Shown here: positions 1-11,719 of the stretch, one piece after another
Numbering within the stretch: the stretch's first letter is position 1
Layout: every line of letters begins with the position of its first letter
Assembly (NCBI GenBank): GCA_937770485.1
Contig: CALJHX010000010.1
Location: forward strand, 33,901 to 97,900
Direction: 5' to 3'
DNA: 64,000 nt
Source of the DNA: an uncultured Verrucomicrobiae bacterium
GTDB lineage: Bacteria > Verrucomicrobiota > Verrucomicrobiia > Limisphaerales > UBA1096
Translations under genes and position numbers: made by a program
Notes under the pieces: model-generated
What the model saw: only the letters and a program-made list of their open reading frames with translations
Database searches by the model: none
Told to the model about the DNA's origin: nothing

Positions 1-1
1 G

Positions 2-964
2 TTCAGGATGGAGAACGCCAACCTGCTGAACGACCCGGTTATCCACCGGTACACAGCCACGATCACAGGCCTCGAACCGGATACGACCTACCTGTACTCC
101 GTCGGCGACGGCTCGGACGATGGCTGGTCGGAGATGTCAGAGTTCACCACCGCACCGGGACGCACGGAGCCGTTCTCATTCGTATACATGGGCGACGCGC
201 AGAACGGGCTCGAACGCTGGGGCAGCCTTGTTCAACGCGCATTCCGCCGTCGCCCAGACGCGGCATTTTACATCATGGCTGGCGACCTCGTGGATCGTGG
301 CAACGAACGCGACGACTGGGACAGCCTGTTCCACAATGCGCGCGGAATTTTCGACCGGCGCCCGGTCGTCCCCGCCATCGGCAACCACGAAAACCAGGGT
401 GGCCACCCCGGCATGTACCTCCAGATGTTTGACCTCCCGAAAAACGGCCCGGAAAAAGTTGAACCGGAACGAGCATACACCTACAAATACAGCAACGCTG
501 AGTTCTTCGTGCTAGACAGCAACCTGACCCCAGAAAGCCAATCCGCCTGGCTCGAGAACGTGCTGAAAAACAGCAAGGCCACCTGGAAATTCGCCGTCTA
601 CCATCACCCCGCCTATTCCTCCTCCCCGGATCGCGACAATCCCAGTATTCGTGACCACTGGACACCACTGTTCGACAAATACCACCTCGACATGGCGCTG
701 CAGGGCCACGACCACGCCTACCTGCGCACCTACCCGATGAAGGATCAAAAAAAGGCCGGCACCACCGCCGAGGGCACCGTGTACATCGTCTCCGTCTCCG
801 GCACCAAATTCTACGAGCAGGACCCGCGCGAGTACATCGAGTTCGGCATGACCAACGTCTCCACCTTCCAAGTGCTCGACATCCAGATCAGCGGTAACCG
901 CCTCGTCTACCGCTCCTACGATGCAGACGGCAAACTCCGCGACAACCTCATCATCGAGAAGTAG
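2..964 (+). CDS. Purple acid phosphatase-like metallophosphoesterase with FN3 domain (probably 5'-truncated by window edge)
   Basis: FN3-like 'ITGLEPDTTYLYSVG' followed by calcineurin-like motifs GDAQ, AGDLVD, IGNHE, HHP, GHDH; the frame is open upstream of the ORF-track ATG at 8. Confidence 0.85.
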   Translation, partial: FRMENANLLNDPVIHRYTATITGLEPDTTYLYSVGDGSDDGWSEMSEFTTAPGRTEPFSFVYMGDAQNGLERWGSLVQRAFRRRPDAAFYIMAGDLVDRGNERDDWDSLFHNARGIFDRRPVVPAIGNHENQGGHPGMYLQMFDLPKNGPEKVEPERAYTYKYSNAEFFVLDSNLTPESQSAWLENVLKNSKATWKFAVYHHPAYSSSPDRDNPSIRDHWTPLFDKYHLDMALQGHDHAYLRTYPMKDQKKAGTTAEGTVYIVSVSGTKFYEQDPREYIEFGMTNVSTFQVLDIQISGNRLVYRSYDADGKLRDNLIIEK

Positions 965-1018
965 CCAAAAGACTTGCGCCGCTTGGCCAATCGGAACAGC
1001 CTGCCCCTGTTCGACCCT

Positions 1019-1822
1019 ATGCAAAAACTGCGGCAGAACCGGCTTGGCTTCACACTTATCGAATTGCTGGTGGTGATCGCCATCATCGCGATCCTTGCCG
1101 GCATGTTACTGCCCGCATTGGCCAAGGCCAAAAGCAAGGCCACCGGCGCCAAATGTTCGAGTAATTTGCGGCAGATGGGCATCGGCCTTATCGCGTTCTC
1201 GGATGACTTCGGGCACTACCCAGTCGGCATCAACGGCAACCGTGGTTCCACGTGGATTTGGCCGTCGCAAATCCGCCAATACCTCGGTGGGGCCAGCAGC
1301 AAGAGCACCGAGCTTTTCAAATGCCCCTCGGCCCCCGATAAGGCCCAGTGGAAGGTGAAATTCAGGGGCAGCCAACCGGCCGAGGATGGCTATCTAAAGG
1401 GCGAGGTGCGGCTCATCCCTGGCGGCAGCAGTTTTATGAGTTACGGCTACAACGTCTGGGGCGCCTGGGCGGGTATGATCCCAAACCAGGGCATGGGCGT
1501 CTACAAGGGGCACCCCAACTGGGGCGAAACCAAGCCTAGCCAAGTCAAGGTTCCCAGCGAGATGATCGCGCTCGGTGACAGCAATTGGGATCTCAAGCGC
1601 AAGGGGGACCAAAACTGGAGCGGCTTCATCGGGATGTACGAGGAACGACAATGGCCATTGCCGCTACATAGCGATCGGGCCGAAATTTTGTTCGTCGACG
1701 GCCACGTCACCGCCGAGAAACGCATCGACCTCGCAGCCCAACTCGTCAGAGATCAGGCCCGCAAAGACGCTGCAGCCAAGCGCTGGAACCTCGACAACAC
1801 ACCGCACCACAATCGACAATGA
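1019..1822 (+). CDS. Prepilin-type N-terminal cleavage/methylation protein with H-X9-DG motif (DUF1559-like)
   Basis: G|[24 protein letters not shown]; C-terminal H-SDRAEILFV-DG; start moved from 974 to ATG 1019 to give a short basic leader. Confidence 0.9.
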   Translation: MQKLRQNRLGFTLIELLVVIAIIAILAGMLLPALAKAKSKATGAKCSSNLRQMGIGLIAFSDDFGHYPVGINGNRGSTWIWPSQIRQYLGGASSKSTELFKCPSAPDKAQWKVKFRGSQPAEDGYLKGEVRLIPGGSSFMSYGYNVWGAWAGMIPNQGMGVYKGHPNWGETKPSQVKVPSEMIALGDSNWDLKRKGDQNWSGFIGMYEERQWPLPLHSDRAEILFVDGHVTAEKRIDLAAQLVRDQARKDAAAKRWNLDNTPHHNRQ

Positions 1823-1829
1823 GCCAAAG

Positions 1830-1854
1830 AAAAAGGGAGCCTCTTGGCTCCCTT
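1830..1854 (-). terminator. Intrinsic terminator between convergent genes
   Basis: Stem aagggagcc/ggctccctt with loop tctt; A-run on the left gives a U-tract on the minus strand. Confidence 0.7.
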
Positions 1855-1878
1855 CTATTGAATTGATTCGGTGTCGGT

Positions 1879-2808
1879 TCAGGACAGTTCGTCGCGAACA
1901 GTTTCCAGCAGTTTCTTGGTGGCGAGGACGCCTTCGGCTTCGCTGAGTTTACCACCCTCGTACTCGATTCCGACGTAGCCCCGGTAACCGGCACTGAGCA
2001 CGATCTTCATCATTCGGCGATAGTCGGTGTGCGTCTCGTTACCTTCCTCGTCGAAGTCGTGCGACTTCGCGCTAACCGCCTTGGCGAACGGCATCAACTC
2101 GGCCACGCCCGTGTAACGATCATACATCTTCCCATCGCCGATATTGAAATTCCCAAAGTCCGGCAATGTGCCGCAATTGGGCAAATCAACGATCTTCATC
2201 ACGCCGGCCAGCCAGGCACCGTTGGAAGACAGGCCTCCGTGATTTTCCACTATCACATTGAGGTCAAGCTTGGCCCCATACTCGGACAAACTGCGCAGCC
2301 CGTCGGCGGCAAGCTTCTGCTTCTCCTCAAAACTACCGTTGCCGGTTGTGGCAGCGTTCACCCGAATGGAATGGCAACCGAGGAACCTGGCCGCGTCGGC
2401 CCATTTGTGATGGTTATGAACCGCCTTATTACGTTCGGCCGTGTCGCCGTGGCCAAGCGATCCTTCACCATCAACCATGATCAACAGGCTCTTTACCCCA
2501 TGATCAGCGGCTCGCGAATTCAACTGGCCAAGGTAGGCCTCGTCGTTGGCCTTGTCCTTGAAGAACTGGTTCACGTACTCGACGGCATCAATGCCGAACT
2601 CCTCGCGGGTGGCCTTGGCAAAATCGAGCGCGTCAAGTTTCTTGGCAAACAGTGTCTTGTGCAGCGACCACTGCGCCAGCGAAATGTCGTAGAGCGGCTT
2701 GCCGCCGCGGCCCAAGCTTTGGCACCCAGTCGCCGCCGCCGCGCCCAGCGCGCCCACGGCCAGCGAGGCATTCCTCAAAAACTCACGTCGATTAATTTGA
2801 TTGTTCAT
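1879..2808 (-). CDS. Tat-exported sugar phosphate isomerase/epimerase (xylose isomerase-like TIM barrel), likely lipoprotein
   Basis: NRREFL twin-arginine signal, ATGC lipobox-like; VENHGG, PDFGNF, GIEYEG motifs; start at MNNQINRR (2808). Confidence 0.85.
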   Translation of the reverse strand: MNNQINRREFLRNASLAVGALGAAAATGCQSLGRGGKPLYDISLAQWSLHKTLFAKKLDALDFAKATREEFGIDAVEYVNQFFKDKANDEAYLGQLNSRAADHGVKSLLIMVDGEGSLGHGDTAERNKAVHNHHKWADAARFLGCHSIRVNAATTGNGSFEEKQKLAADGLRSLSEYGAKLDLNVIVENHGGLSSNGAWLAGVMKIVDLPNCGTLPDFGNFNIGDGKMYDRYTGVAELMPFAKAVSAKSHDFDEEGNETHTDYRRMMKIVLSAGYRGYVGIEYEGGKLSEAEGVLATKKLLETVRDELS

Positions 2809-4168
2809 TGTCTTGATTATTTTCTTTTTTACGCTTGTCACTGAAAAGGAAAACGAAAACCACCATGACTACGGCGGCGAATATCGCCGGCTTACTCCAC
2901 AGTGCCTTCCATTCCAACGCAGCTAGTTCGTCCTGACGAAGTTTCGCTTTTTCCTCGTTCAAGGTTGCCAACTGACCTTTAACCTCTTCGGACGGTTCTC
3001 CCTCGATGCTCTCACTCAGTTTTTTAATTTCGCCGCTCTTGGCCACGACCTGCGCGTTGAGATCCTTTGCTGCCTGCGGGGTGTGCTGTCCTTCGATTTT
3101 ACCGGCTGCCTGCGCGCCGATCATCATGCCCAAGCCAAGCGTCAGCATTACCAACAGGCCCTGAGCCTGTGCGCGGATTGGCTTGGCCGCTTTTTGGTCG
3201 GTGTAAATCTGCCCTGTCACAAAGAAGAAATCGTAGCAAACGCCGTGCAACACTATGCCGATGATGATCATCCATCGAAGCTCATCCGGCGCGCCGATGG
3301 CAAACAAGCCGTACCGAGTCACCCACGCCAGCATCCCGATAGCCAACATCCATTTCACGCCAAGCCGGGCGAAGAAGAATGGCATAACGATCATGAAAAA
3401 GATCTCGGAGATTTGGCCGTATGACATGGTGGTGCCGATAGGCAACTCAACATGCTCCACAACTCGGCTGGCGATTTGGTAGTAGAACGCCAGCGGGATA
3501 CAGATCAGCATCGATGAAACGATAAACACCAAGTACGAGCGATCCTTCAATAGCGACAGGGCATCCAACCCGAGCAACTGGCCGATGGTGACCTTCTCGC
3601 CTTTCACCGGGGGAGTGTCCGGCAATGCAAAACTAAAAAGGCCCAACAGGGCGGCGGCTCCGGCGGTGAGATAAAACATGTTCACATTCGTCTCGAAGCC
3701 TCCGAAGGTCAGGGCGAATCCGGCAGCAATCCAGCCGATGGTTCCCATCACGCGAATCCCGGGAAACTCCTTTTGTGGATTGCTCATGTTTTTCATGGCG
3801 ATCGTGTTGGTGAGTGCGAGGGTCGGGAAATACGTCAGCATGTAGCCGAAGAAAAAGCCCCAGTTCAACACTCTCGGCGACGGCGATTCCTGCTGCATAA
3901 AATTAATCGCTGCGAACATGATCAAGGCGCCCATGAGGTGCAGGATGCCCAGGACTTTTTGAGCGGAAAAAAAGCGATCCGCAACCAAGCCAACAAACAG
4001 CGGAGTGATCATCCCGGCGATCGGGCCAACGGAATAGGTGTTGCCGATATCAGCCGGCTGGAAGCCGATCGTGCCGAGATAGTTTGGCGCGGTGACGTAC
4101 CATGCCCCCCAGACGAAGAACTGGAGGAACATCATTATGGACAATTTAATGCGGATGGATGAATTCAT
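2792..4168 (-). CDS. MFS transporter, nucleoside:H+ symporter (NupG/YegT-like) family
   Basis: [17 protein letters not shown]-terminus, [38 protein letters not shown]; start at MNSSIRIK (4168). Confidence 0.88.
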   Translation of the reverse strand: MNSSIRIKLSIMMFLQFFVWGAWYVTAPNYLGTIGFQPADIGNTYSVGPIAGMITPLFVGLVADRFFSAQKVLGILHLMGALIMFAAINFMQQESPSPRVLNWGFFFGYMLTYFPTLALTNTIAMKNMSNPQKEFPGIRVMGTIGWIAAGFALTFGGFETNVNMFYLTAGAAALLGLFSFALPDTPPVKGEKVTIGQLLGLDALSLLKDRSYLVFIVSSMLICIPLAFYYQIASRVVEHVELPIGTTMSYGQISEIFFMIVMPFFFARLGVKWMLAIGMLAWVTRYGLFAIGAPDELRWMIIIGIVLHGVCYDFFFVTGQIYTDQKAAKPIRAQAQGLLVMLTLGLGMMIGAQAAGKIEGQHTPQAAKDLNAQVVAKSGEIKKLSESIEGEPSEEVKGQLATLNEEKAKLRQDELAALEWKALWSKPAIFAAVVMVVFVFLFSDKRKKENNQDNEQSN

Positions 4169-4309
4169 TTGGGAGTTCGTTTGGGTTGTTTCGGGCCACT
4201 TGGCCAAGCGCTTTTTGGGACCTGCCTCGCGGAACGGAGCGCAGCGTAGCCCTTGGCCAAGCGGTGGACAAGGTTTCCTTTTGGCGGCCAAGCGCCTGGG
4301 CATGGGCAC

Positions 4310-4336
4310 AAAAAAGGCGGGCCGCTTGGCCCGCCT
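4310..4336 (-). terminator. Intrinsic terminator of pnp
   Basis: Stem aggcgggcc/ggcccgcct with U-tract on the minus strand, just downstream of the pnp stop. Confidence 0.8.
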
Positions 4337-4363
4337 GAAATGCTTTTTATCGACTGTCGACTT

Positions 4364-6535
4364 TTATTCCTCGGAGTCGTCGCTGGCCGGCTTGTCACCG
4401 TCCTCGTCGTCGCTGAACTCAGCCTTGCGATCCTCCATCGCGGCTTTGCGCGACAGCTTGATGCGGCCTTTGTCGTCCACGCCGATGCACTTGACCCAGA
4501 TTTCGTCGCCGTCCTTGACGATGTCCTCGGTGTTCTTGACGCGGAAGTTGGCCAACTCGCTGATGTGCACCAGGCCGTCCTTGCCAGGCAACACCTCGAC
4601 GAAGCAGCCGAAGTCCTTGATGGAAACGACCTTGCCACGGTAGAGCTTGCCAACCTCGACCTCGGCGGTGATGCCGTCGATGCACTCCTTGGCCACCTGC
4701 AGACCCTCGGCTGACATGGAGTAAACCAACACGCGGCCGTCATCCTCGATGTTGATCTCGCAACCGGACTCCTCGACGATGCGCTTGATGTTCTTGCCGC
4801 CCGGGCCAATCAACTCGCCAATCTTCGACGGGTCAACCTGGATGGTGACGATGCGCGGCGCGTACTGGCTCATCTCTTCACGCTCCTTGGACAAGCAGGC
4901 GTTCATGTTGGCGAGAATCGCGGTGCGGGCCGTCTTGGCCTTGACGATCGCCTCTTCCATGATGGACTGCGGGATGCCGTGCAGCTTGAGGTCGAGTTGG
5001 AAGCCGGTGATGCCCTGGTCGGTGCCGGCGATTTTGCAATCCATGTCGCAGAAGGAATCCTCCCAGCCGATTATGTCGGTGAGCAGTTTGTAATCCTCGA
5101 TTTCGCCGCTGTCGTTGGTGCGCGTGCAGAGGCCGATGCTGATGCCAGCCACGGAGCGCTTCAACGGCACACCCGCGTCAAGCAGTGCCAGCGTGCCGCT
5201 GCAGACGGCCGCCATCGACGTGGAGCCGTTGGACTCCATGATCTCCGCCGTGATGCGAACCGCGTACGGGAAGTCCTCGATGTTCGGTATGACCGGAGCG
5301 ATGGAACGCTCGGCCAATGCGCCGTGACCAATCTCGCGGCGTCCCGGGCCCATGATGCGGCCGGTTTCGCCGACGGAGTAAAGCGGGAAGTTGTAGTGCA
5401 GCATGAACCGCTTCTCGCTCGGGCCGCCGGTGTAGGCGTCGTACGATTGCGTGTCATCGGTCGTGCCGAGCGTGACGAGCGACAGGCCCTGTGTCTCGCC
5501 CCGGGAGAACAGGCCGGAGCCGTGTGTGCGGGGGATCATGCCGGCCTCGCTGGTGAGTTGGCGCATGTCGTCGTAGCCGCGGCCGTCAAGCCGCTTGCCG
5601 TCGTCAAGCACGAGCTTGCGTACGGCCGCCTTTTGGATTGCGTAAAACGCCTCGCCGACCATGAAGCCGGTGATGGCTTCCGCGCCGAATTTCTCGGTGA
5701 GCTTCTCCGCCATCTCATCCTTGAGCGCGTTGCACGCGGCCTCGCGCTCGAGCTTGGCCTGAATGAGCAGCGCGTCGGTGATGCGATCCGAAATGATCGA
5801 CTCCGCCTCCGCCATAACGTCCGGCGCGACCACTCGCGGGATGAACTCGCGCTTGGCTTTGCCAACTGCAGCGCACAATTCATTCTGCGCAGCGATGAGC
5901 GGAGCGATCGACTCTTGGCCGAACTCCAACGCCTTGAGAAAATCGGCTTCCGCGATTTCATCGGCTGCGCCCTCGAACATGACCATGTTCGACTCGTTGC
6001 CGACGTAAATCAGATCGAGGTCGCTCGACTCCATCTGCACGTGGGTCGGATTGGCAACGAACGCGCCATCGACGCGGCCGACTCGAACCGCGCCGATCGG
6101 CCCGGCAAACGGCAGATCGCTGATCATCAACGCCGCCGAGGCTCCATTCATCGACAGGATGTCTGAGTCGTTCTCCCCGTCTGCGCTGAGCAGCAGGGTC
6201 TGGACCTGCACCTCGTTGAAATACCCCTTGGGGAATAGCGGCCGGATCGGGCGATCCGTGACGCGGCAGGTGAGGATTTCCTTCTCGGAGGGGCGGCCTT
6301 CACGCTTGAAGAATCCGCCGGGAAAACGACCGGCCGCGGCTGCCTTTTCACGGTAATCGACCGTGAGCGGGAAAAAGTCCAAACCCGGACGGGGCTTGGA
6401 TGAACCGCAGGCTGCGACCAGGACGATGGTCTCTCCGAGTTGGACGGTTACTGAGCCGTCCGCTTGTTTGGCTATTTTGCCGGATTCAATATGAATCTCT
6501 CCGCCGCCAACTTTGGCGGTTACTTTATGTGACAT
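4364..6535 (-). CDS. pnp: Polyribonucleotide nucleotidyltransferase (PNPase)
   Basis: [45 protein letters not shown] (IGPGGKNIK) and S1 (DGLVHISEL) domains; downstream of rpsO. Confidence 0.99.
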   Translation of the reverse strand: MSHKVTAKVGGGEIHIESGKIAKQADGSVTVQLGETIVLVAACGSSKPRPGLDFFPLTVDYREKAAAAGRFPGGFFKREGRPSEKEILTCRVTDRPIRPLFPKGYFNEVQVQTLLLSADGENDSDILSMNGASAALMISDLPFAGPIGAVRVGRVDGAFVANPTHVQMESSDLDLIYVGNESNMVMFEGAADEIAEADFLKALEFGQESIAPLIAAQNELCAAVGKAKREFIPRVVAPDVMAEAESIISDRITDALLIQAKLEREAACNALKDEMAEKLTEKFGAEAITGFMVGEAFYAIQKAAVRKLVLDDGKRLDGRGYDDMRQLTSEAGMIPRTHGSGLFSRGETQGLSLVTLGTTDDTQSYDAYTGGPSEKRFMLHYNFPLYSVGETGRIMGPGRREIGHGALAERSIAPVIPNIEDFPYAVRITAEIMESNGSTSMAAVCSGTLALLDAGVPLKRSVAGISIGLCTRTNDSGEIEDYKLLTDIIGWEDSFCDMDCKIAGTDQGITGFQLDLKLHGIPQSIMEEAIVKAKTARTAILANMNACLSKEREEMSQYAPRIVTIQVDPSKIGELIGPGGKNIKRIVEESGCEINIEDDGRVLVYSMSAEGLQVAKECIDGITAEVEVGKLYRGKVVSIKDFGCFVEVLPGKDGLVHISELANFRVKNTEDIVKDGDEIWVKCIGVDDKGRIKLSRKAAMEDRKAEFSDDEDGDKPASDDSEE

Positions 6536-6570
6536 GTTTATCTTTCCTTATTGTCACGCCCACCAGCACA

Positions 6571-6727
6571 GAGAACTTCACTCAAACTCCCGATGGCCGG
6601 GTGGCTGAATGAAATGCTCAGAACCAACGAACACGACGATTCACGCGGCTCAGTCTCGGGCAACAGGGGGATCGGGCCGCTATTTCCAATCCGCCGGATG
6701 GACATTTCCCTCCGGCATGGCGTTGCC
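6571..6727 (-). promoter_or_regulatory. Structured rpsO-pnp intergenic leader
   Basis: Long imperfect hairpin at 6571-6619; nested stems ggcaac/gttgcc (6659-6727) enclosing gccgga/tccggc. Confidence 0.45.
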
Positions 6728-6740
6728 AAAAATCTCTTTG

Positions 6741-6762
6741 AAAAGAAGGGTCGAATTGACCC
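6741..6762 (-). terminator. Terminator after rpsO
   Basis: Minus strand GGGTCAATTCGACCC followed by TTCTTTT. Confidence 0.6.
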
Positions 6763-6770
6763 GTACGACT

Positions 6771-7028
6771 CTAGCGCCTCAGCTTGAGGCGCTGGGTCAG
6801 TGATCGATAACGGTTCGCGTCGTGGCGGTGGACATAGTCCAGCAGGCGACGACGGCGACCCACCATCATGAGCAGGCCGCGCCGTGAGGCGTGATCCTTC
6901 TTGTTGCTCTTCAGGTGCTCGGTCAGGTGGTTGATCCGCTGCGTCAACAGCGCAACCTGGACATCCGCAGAACCGGTGTCCGTCTCATGAAGGCGATATC
7001 CTTCTATTGTGTTGGCCTTCTCTTCCAT
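6771..7028 (-). CDS. rpsO: 30S ribosomal protein S15
   Basis: [48 protein letters not shown]; true start MEEKAN at 7028 (85 aa). Confidence 0.98.
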   Translation of the reverse strand: MEEKANTIEGYRLHETDTGSADVQVALLTQRINHLTEHLKSNKKDHASRRGLLMMVGRRRRLLDYVHRHDANRYRSLTQRLKLRR

Positions 7029-7236
7029 TCCTTTCAGTCTTTTTGCCTCTCTTCTCTCCTCGAAAAGGCGAGGAAACTTATCAGCAAAAACCGCGTTGTA
7101 AAGCACTTTAATCGTGTTTTTTACGATTCGGAGATCGATCCGCCCGCTGCACTTGGCTAAGCGAGGCGCGGTTATGCCCTGCGCTTGGACAAAACGCAAC
7201 ATTGACCCCCTCAAAGCGGGTCCTACACTCCGCCCC

Positions 7237-10200
7237 GTGCTATTCAAGCGATTGACACTGTACGGGTTGCTCCTCTTGGCCGTCTCGGCCAAGGGCGAGA
7301 GCCTTGTCTCCGATTATTCCAACTGGAAGTATCTTGAAGGCAAAGCTGAGGCCTCCGCCCCTACCACTGCCTGGCGAGAACTGGCTTTCGACGACGCCCA
7401 CTGGAAAGAGGGCCGATCCGGCTTCAGCATCGGCTATGGTAGATACGATGCCCCCACGACACTTTGGGGAATGATAGGAAATTACCACTCCCTTTTCCTT
7501 CGTAAGAAATTCACGCTACAGGATGAGCAATGGATAAAGTCGCTAGTGATTCGGGTCGATTACCGCGATGGTTTCGTCGCCTACCTGAACGGCACCGAGA
7601 TAGCTCGGCGTGGGTTGGCTGGTGAACTCGGTCAACCGGTTCCATTCAACGCTTTAGCAAGTACTCACTACCGAGGGAATCCAGAGTTGATTGATCTCGA
7701 ACCGTACAAGCAGCTTCTTGTGAAAGGAGAAAACATTCTTGCCGTCCAGGCACATGACGACTCAATAAACAGCAATGGGTTTGCGTTTCACGTTGAGTTA
7801 TTGGCCAATGTCGTACGTGGTCCGATTATCGAAAGCACCACAACGACTGATACCAAGATTGCATGGCAAACCCTCAAGCCTACAACCTCCGTTATCGAGT
7901 ATGGGCTTACTACGACATCACTTGATAAGCGGATCGAGAGCGAAATACTAACGACCGACCATGTGCTGCAGCTCATCGAGCTCGAGCCTAACACAACCTA
8001 CCACTACCGGGTCGGTGGGGTTGCTGGGGAAATCTCGCGTTTCTCGAAAACCGCTTCGTTCGAGACCCTAAAGTCCAGAGGCCCCGTCCAGTTGATGCTG
8101 CTTGGCGACTCTGGCAGTGGAAACCTTCTTCAACACAAGTTCGCCAAGGTGATCCGTGATAATCAACCGGACGCCATCCTACACGCAGGTGACATCGTTT
8201 ATAATTTTAAATCTGGCCCTCCAAACTATTATAATGATTTTCGCCATTTCAGCGCCTTTAAGAATCACATGAAATCGGTCCCTTACTTTACTACTATAGG
8301 GAATCATGAACTCTACCACGGTGACGCAGCCTATCTGAATGCGTTCCATCTGCCAACAAACAATCTACCCACCCTCGGCTTGAAAACTTCAAACTTGGAT
8401 TACCCTTTTTCCGGCACGGAACATTTCTACTCGTTCGATGTCGGCGACGCTCACGTCTCGGTGCTCTACAACCCGTGGTATGCGCACCACAACTTTTCCA
8501 AGGACACCAACCAGCTCCACTGGCTGACCAACGACCTGGCAACCACCTCAAAACCCTGGAAATTACTCCTTGGACACTTTCCGGTTGCATCCTCGGCAGG
8601 TCACGGATGGAGTGATTACGATGGCAACTCGCTTCCTGACGCTGTTGATTTTGGAAACACCATCTACCCAATCGTCGCCAAGTACGGGGTGGACCTGATG
8701 CTGGCGGGACACTCCCACTCGTTCGAGAAATTCAATCCGGTAGCCGGCTGCATCTCGGTCGTCTGCGGTTCGAGTTCTAGCTCATATCCCTTTCACAGAT
8801 TTTCTCCTGGAACTTCACAGTTTTGGGGAGGCTCAAATAACTTCGTAGCACGTATCAACATCAACGGTGACCAACTCAAACTCGATGGCCTAGACCCTGA
8901 CGGCAAGGTATTGGATTGGCTTGTGATAAACAAAAAAACACCCAAACGCGACTGGTGGGACTCGGCTTGGCATTCACCACAGATCGAATCATCCCAAATC
9001 AAAAATGGCGGCAAAAATATTCAGGGGCAGGTATTTGACCTGATTGGCGAATCGATCCCCACCGTCATTGGAGAAAGAGCCAATCTCGGCCAGGTGCGCG
9101 TCAACAATGACCGCACCCACCTGTACATTGGCTTCGAGCAGGCGATGATTGGGCCCAGCCAAAACATATTCCTGTTCATCGAATCACCCAGGCAGGACGG
9201 CGTCGCCAACCTAGCGGGGCTCGGCAACGGCAAGGTGGAATTCAGCGGCGAGGGCGGAGACGGGCTCGACTTCCTTCAAAATCTAGCCTTCACCAACTTC
9301 AAACCAAGTGTTGCGGCAATCCTCGGCGATGAACGGGCCGATAACCAAGCCCGCCACTTTGGCCGTCCGGGATTCACCATCAATGTTCGCAATGGTGAAA
9401 ACCAGGAGGACATTGCCGCGGTATCATTCCCGCTTGGTCAAGGCGTGTTTCAGCTCGACAAAACGTTCAGCGACGTGGCTGGCGCCCATTTTCAACAGTT
9501 CAACCGTTCGCCGCAGGTGTCCCCTCCAAAAGAGTGGTCCGATGCCAACTTCTATGAAAGCGATGCCAACTTCATCGAGTTGGCCATCCCCTACACTGCC
9601 CTTGGTAATCTGCAGCCGGACGACAAAATCACAATTGGAGCGGTCGTCGGCACCGGCGGTATTGATACCCAGCCGCAGTTCCAGTATCGCCAACTCGACT
9701 CGGCATATTTAGGTGAAAACCTGACCCTGAATCAAAATTCTTTTTACCAACTCGAGGGGCTGAAAGTGCGTCTGGCCATCAACCCCGATCCCGATAACGA
9801 CGGACTGCTCACCGCCCGCGAAATAGAACTCGGCACCAATCCGGACAAGCGCGACACCGACGGCGATTTGTTGCCGGACGGCTGGGAAGTCGCCCGCGGC
9901 CTCGACCCGCTCCAGCACGACGGCGACGCGGCGTTGGCGCTCGACCCCGACGGCGACGGCGTCAGCACTGCCGAGGAACTCGCCGCCGGCACCGACCCGC
10001 TCGACGGCGACTCCTATATCACGCTCCAGTTTGAAACGACCAACGGCGGCATCCGCCTCCACTGGCACGCCGTCCCAGGTGCCACTTATCAGGTCATCGC
10101 CGCCAGGGAGGTATCCGGCCCCTACCAGGCGTTTGGCGAGGCGCAAAAACTCGTGGGCGAGGCCGCTGCCGAAATGGAGTTGGCCCTTCCCACCGCTCAA

Positions 10201-10251
10201 CTCAACCAACCGGCCTCATATTACCGGCTGCAATTGACTCCCAAAGAATGA
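7237..10251 (+). CDS. Large secreted metallophosphoesterase (purple acid phosphatase-like) with FN3, DxDxDG Ca-binding repeats and C-terminal beta domain
   Basis: Signal peptide from GTG 7237 ([19 protein letters not shown]); FN3 ([12 protein letters not shown]); GDSG, AGDIVY, IGNHE, GHFP, GHSH; DPDNDG/DTDGD/DPDGDG repeats; ends ...SYYRLQL. Start uncertain. Confidence 0.82.
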   Translation: MLFKRLTLYGLLLLAVSAKGESLVSDYSNWKYLEGKAEASAPTTAWRELAFDDAHWKEGRSGFSIGYGRYDAPTTLWGMIGNYHSLFLRKKFTLQDEQWIKSLVIRVDYRDGFVAYLNGTEIARRGLAGELGQPVPFNALASTHYRGNPELIDLEPYKQLLVKGENILAVQAHDDSINSNGFAFHVELLANVVRGPIIESTTTTDTKIAWQTLKPTTSVIEYGLTTTSLDKRIESEILTTDHVLQLIELEPNTTYHYRVGGVAGEISRFSKTASFETLKSRGPVQLMLLGDSGSGNLLQHKFAKVIRDNQPDAILHAGDIVYNFKSGPPNYYNDFRHFSAFKNHMKSVPYFTTIGNHELYHGDAAYLNAFHLPTNNLPTLGLKTSNLDYPFSGTEHFYSFDVGDAHVSVLYNPWYAHHNFSKDTNQLHWLTNDLATTSKPWKLLLGHFPVASSAGHGWSDYDGNSLPDAVDFGNTIYPIVAKYGVDLMLAGHSHSFEKFNPVAGCISVVCGSSSSSYPFHRFSPGTSQFWGGSNNFVARININGDQLKLDGLDPDGKVLDWLVINKKTPKRDWWDSAWHSPQIESSQIKNGGKNIQGQVFDLIGESIPTVIGERANLGQVRVNNDRTHLYIGFEQAMIGPSQNIFLFIESPRQDGVANLAGLGNGKVEFSGEGGDGLDFLQNLAFTNFKPSVAAILGDERADNQARHFGRPGFTINVRNGENQEDIAAVSFPLGQGVFQLDKTFSDVAGAHFQQFNRSPQVSPPKEWSDANFYESDANFIELAIPYTALGNLQPDDKITIGAVVGTGGIDTQPQFQYRQLDSAYLGENLTLNQNSFYQLEGLKVRLAINPDPDNDGLLTAREIELGTNPDKRDTDGDLLPDGWEVARGLDPLQHDGDAALALDPDGDGVSTAEELAAGTDPLDGDSYITLQFETTNGGIRLHWHAVPGATYQVIAAREVSGPYQAFGEAQKLVGEAAAEMELALPTAQLNQPASYYRLQLTPKE

Positions 10252-10787
10252 AAAAGACAAACAAACTTGCCCAAGTGCTTGGACTCGCCGCCCTGCTGTT
10301 GGCCGCCAGTTGCGAGGAGGAAAAACCCGCCATGCCCCCGAGTGCCCCAACACCCGCTCCGCCCGCCAACCCCGTGACAGGCCTGGCACAGCCCCGGCTC
10401 GAGACGATCAAGCTCTACCTCGGCGCTGCCGAGTTGACCGTCGAAGTCGCCGACGAAAACCTCGAGCGCCAGGCCGGCATGATGCACCGGACGACGATGC
10501 CAAAGAACGAGGGCATGCTCTTCGTTTTCCCACGCCCGCATCAGACCGGTTTTTGGATGAAAAACACCACCCTGCCGCTGTCGATCGCCTATATCGACCG
10601 TGCAAGCCGCGTGATTGAGATTTACGACCTACACCCCCTCAACACCCAGCCGGTCGAGTCGCGCTCGGCCCGTGTACAGTACGCGCTCGAGGTTAACCAG
10701 GGCTGGTTCGCCAAAAACGGCATCCAGCCCGGCACGGTGCTCGCCACAGAGCTCGGCTCGCTGGCTGTATCGGTTCGAGCCAAGTGA
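10248..10787 (+). CDS. DUF192 family lipoprotein
   Basis: Lipobox LAASC; VEVAD...GMMHR...EGMLFVF...FWMKNTTLPLSIAYID...ALEVNQG. Confidence 0.92.
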   Translation: MKKTNKLAQVLGLAALLLAASCEEEKPAMPPSAPTPAPPANPVTGLAQPRLETIKLYLGAAELTVEVADENLERQAGMMHRTTMPKNEGMLFVFPRPHQTGFWMKNTTLPLSIAYIDRASRVIEIYDLHPLNTQPVESRSARVQYALEVNQGWFAKNGIQPGTVLATELGSLAVSVRAK

Positions 10788-10834
10788 TCCGCTGACGTTG
10801 ACTTTCGGACGGTTTTAGGTAGATTCAGACCCGG

Positions 10835-11614
10835 ATGATTGACGACATCACTAAAGTCCTACAAAACTGGGACTACCGCCTTGGCCGCGTTGACGCACGC
10901 CGAGTCAAGGGCGAGGATGGTGCGGACAAGCTGCAGTTGCGAATCGACCTCGGTTTGCTGCAGATGAACGCGCAGTGTCGCCCCGACGGCAAGCGGCCGT
11001 TCGGACACCCCACCCTGCTTGACCACTTTGTGAGCCGCCTTGAGGAGTTTCGTAAAAAAAACGACGGCGAGGACAACAACTTCAGCATCAACCCCGACGA
11101 GTGCGCCAAGCTCCAGCAGGAGGCCATACAGTATCATCACCGCAGCATTTGCAACTTCGAGCTTGAGGACTTCGAAGCCGTCGAGCGCGACACAGAGCAC
11201 ATCCTTGAGTTGCTCGACTTCGTGCAGGACTTCGCGGCGCAGGATGATATCGGCCAAAGCTTCCAGCAGTTCCGCCCGCAGACAATTATGATGCAGGTTC
11301 GCGCCGTCGGGACAGAACTTCTCGCCGATGGAAACTACAAGGGAGCCATCGCTGAAATCATCGCTGCGATTGAGGAACTGAACCTGTTCTACACCGAGAT
11401 GGGCCGCGAGGAACTGCTCGACAGCAGCATGGAGGTTCACTCCCTTGGCGAATGGCTCAAGGATGTCGAGAAAGAGGCCGCCGATAAATTGCCTATGACC
11501 AAGCGCGAGAAACTCGAGCATAAACTGGACACTGCAATTGATCAGGAAGATTACGAGAGCGCCGCCAAGCTACGCGACCAACTCAAAAAAATTGGCGCAA
11601 AAAAGAACGAGTAG
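10835..11614 (+). CDS. Conserved protein with C-terminal UvrB/UvrC (UVR) motif
   Basis: LQLRIDLGLLQM..RPDG.RPFG N-terminus; C-terminal LDTAIDQEDYESAAKLRDQL. Confidence 0.8.
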   Translation: MIDDITKVLQNWDYRLGRVDARRVKGEDGADKLQLRIDLGLLQMNAQCRPDGKRPFGHPTLLDHFVSRLEEFRKKNDGEDNNFSINPDECAKLQQEAIQYHHRSICNFELEDFEAVERDTEHILELLDFVQDFAAQDDIGQSFQQFRPQTIMMQVRAVGTELLADGNYKGAIAEIIAAIEELNLFYTEMGREELLDSSMEVHSLGEWLKDVEKEAADKLPMTKREKLEHKLDTAIDQEDYESAAKLRDQLKKIGAKKNE

Positions 11615-11719
11615 GGACGCCTGTCCCCACCCGCCCGCGCTTGCCCAATCCGAAACCCCGCAAGGCCGGCACCGGCAAAACGTTGAACTCCTCCACAGAA
11701 TCCCAGTCACTCTGCAGCG

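Noticed and set aside
7029-7292. N-terminally extended S15 (173 aa), and similar extensions on the MFS, pilin and GlyA-fusion ORFs
   Set aside because: Artefacts of longest-ORF start choice; homology starts at downstream codons.
10835-11614. uvrB, uvrC or mcsA
   Set aside because: Only the short UVR motif is present; no helicase, nuclease or CXXC motifs.
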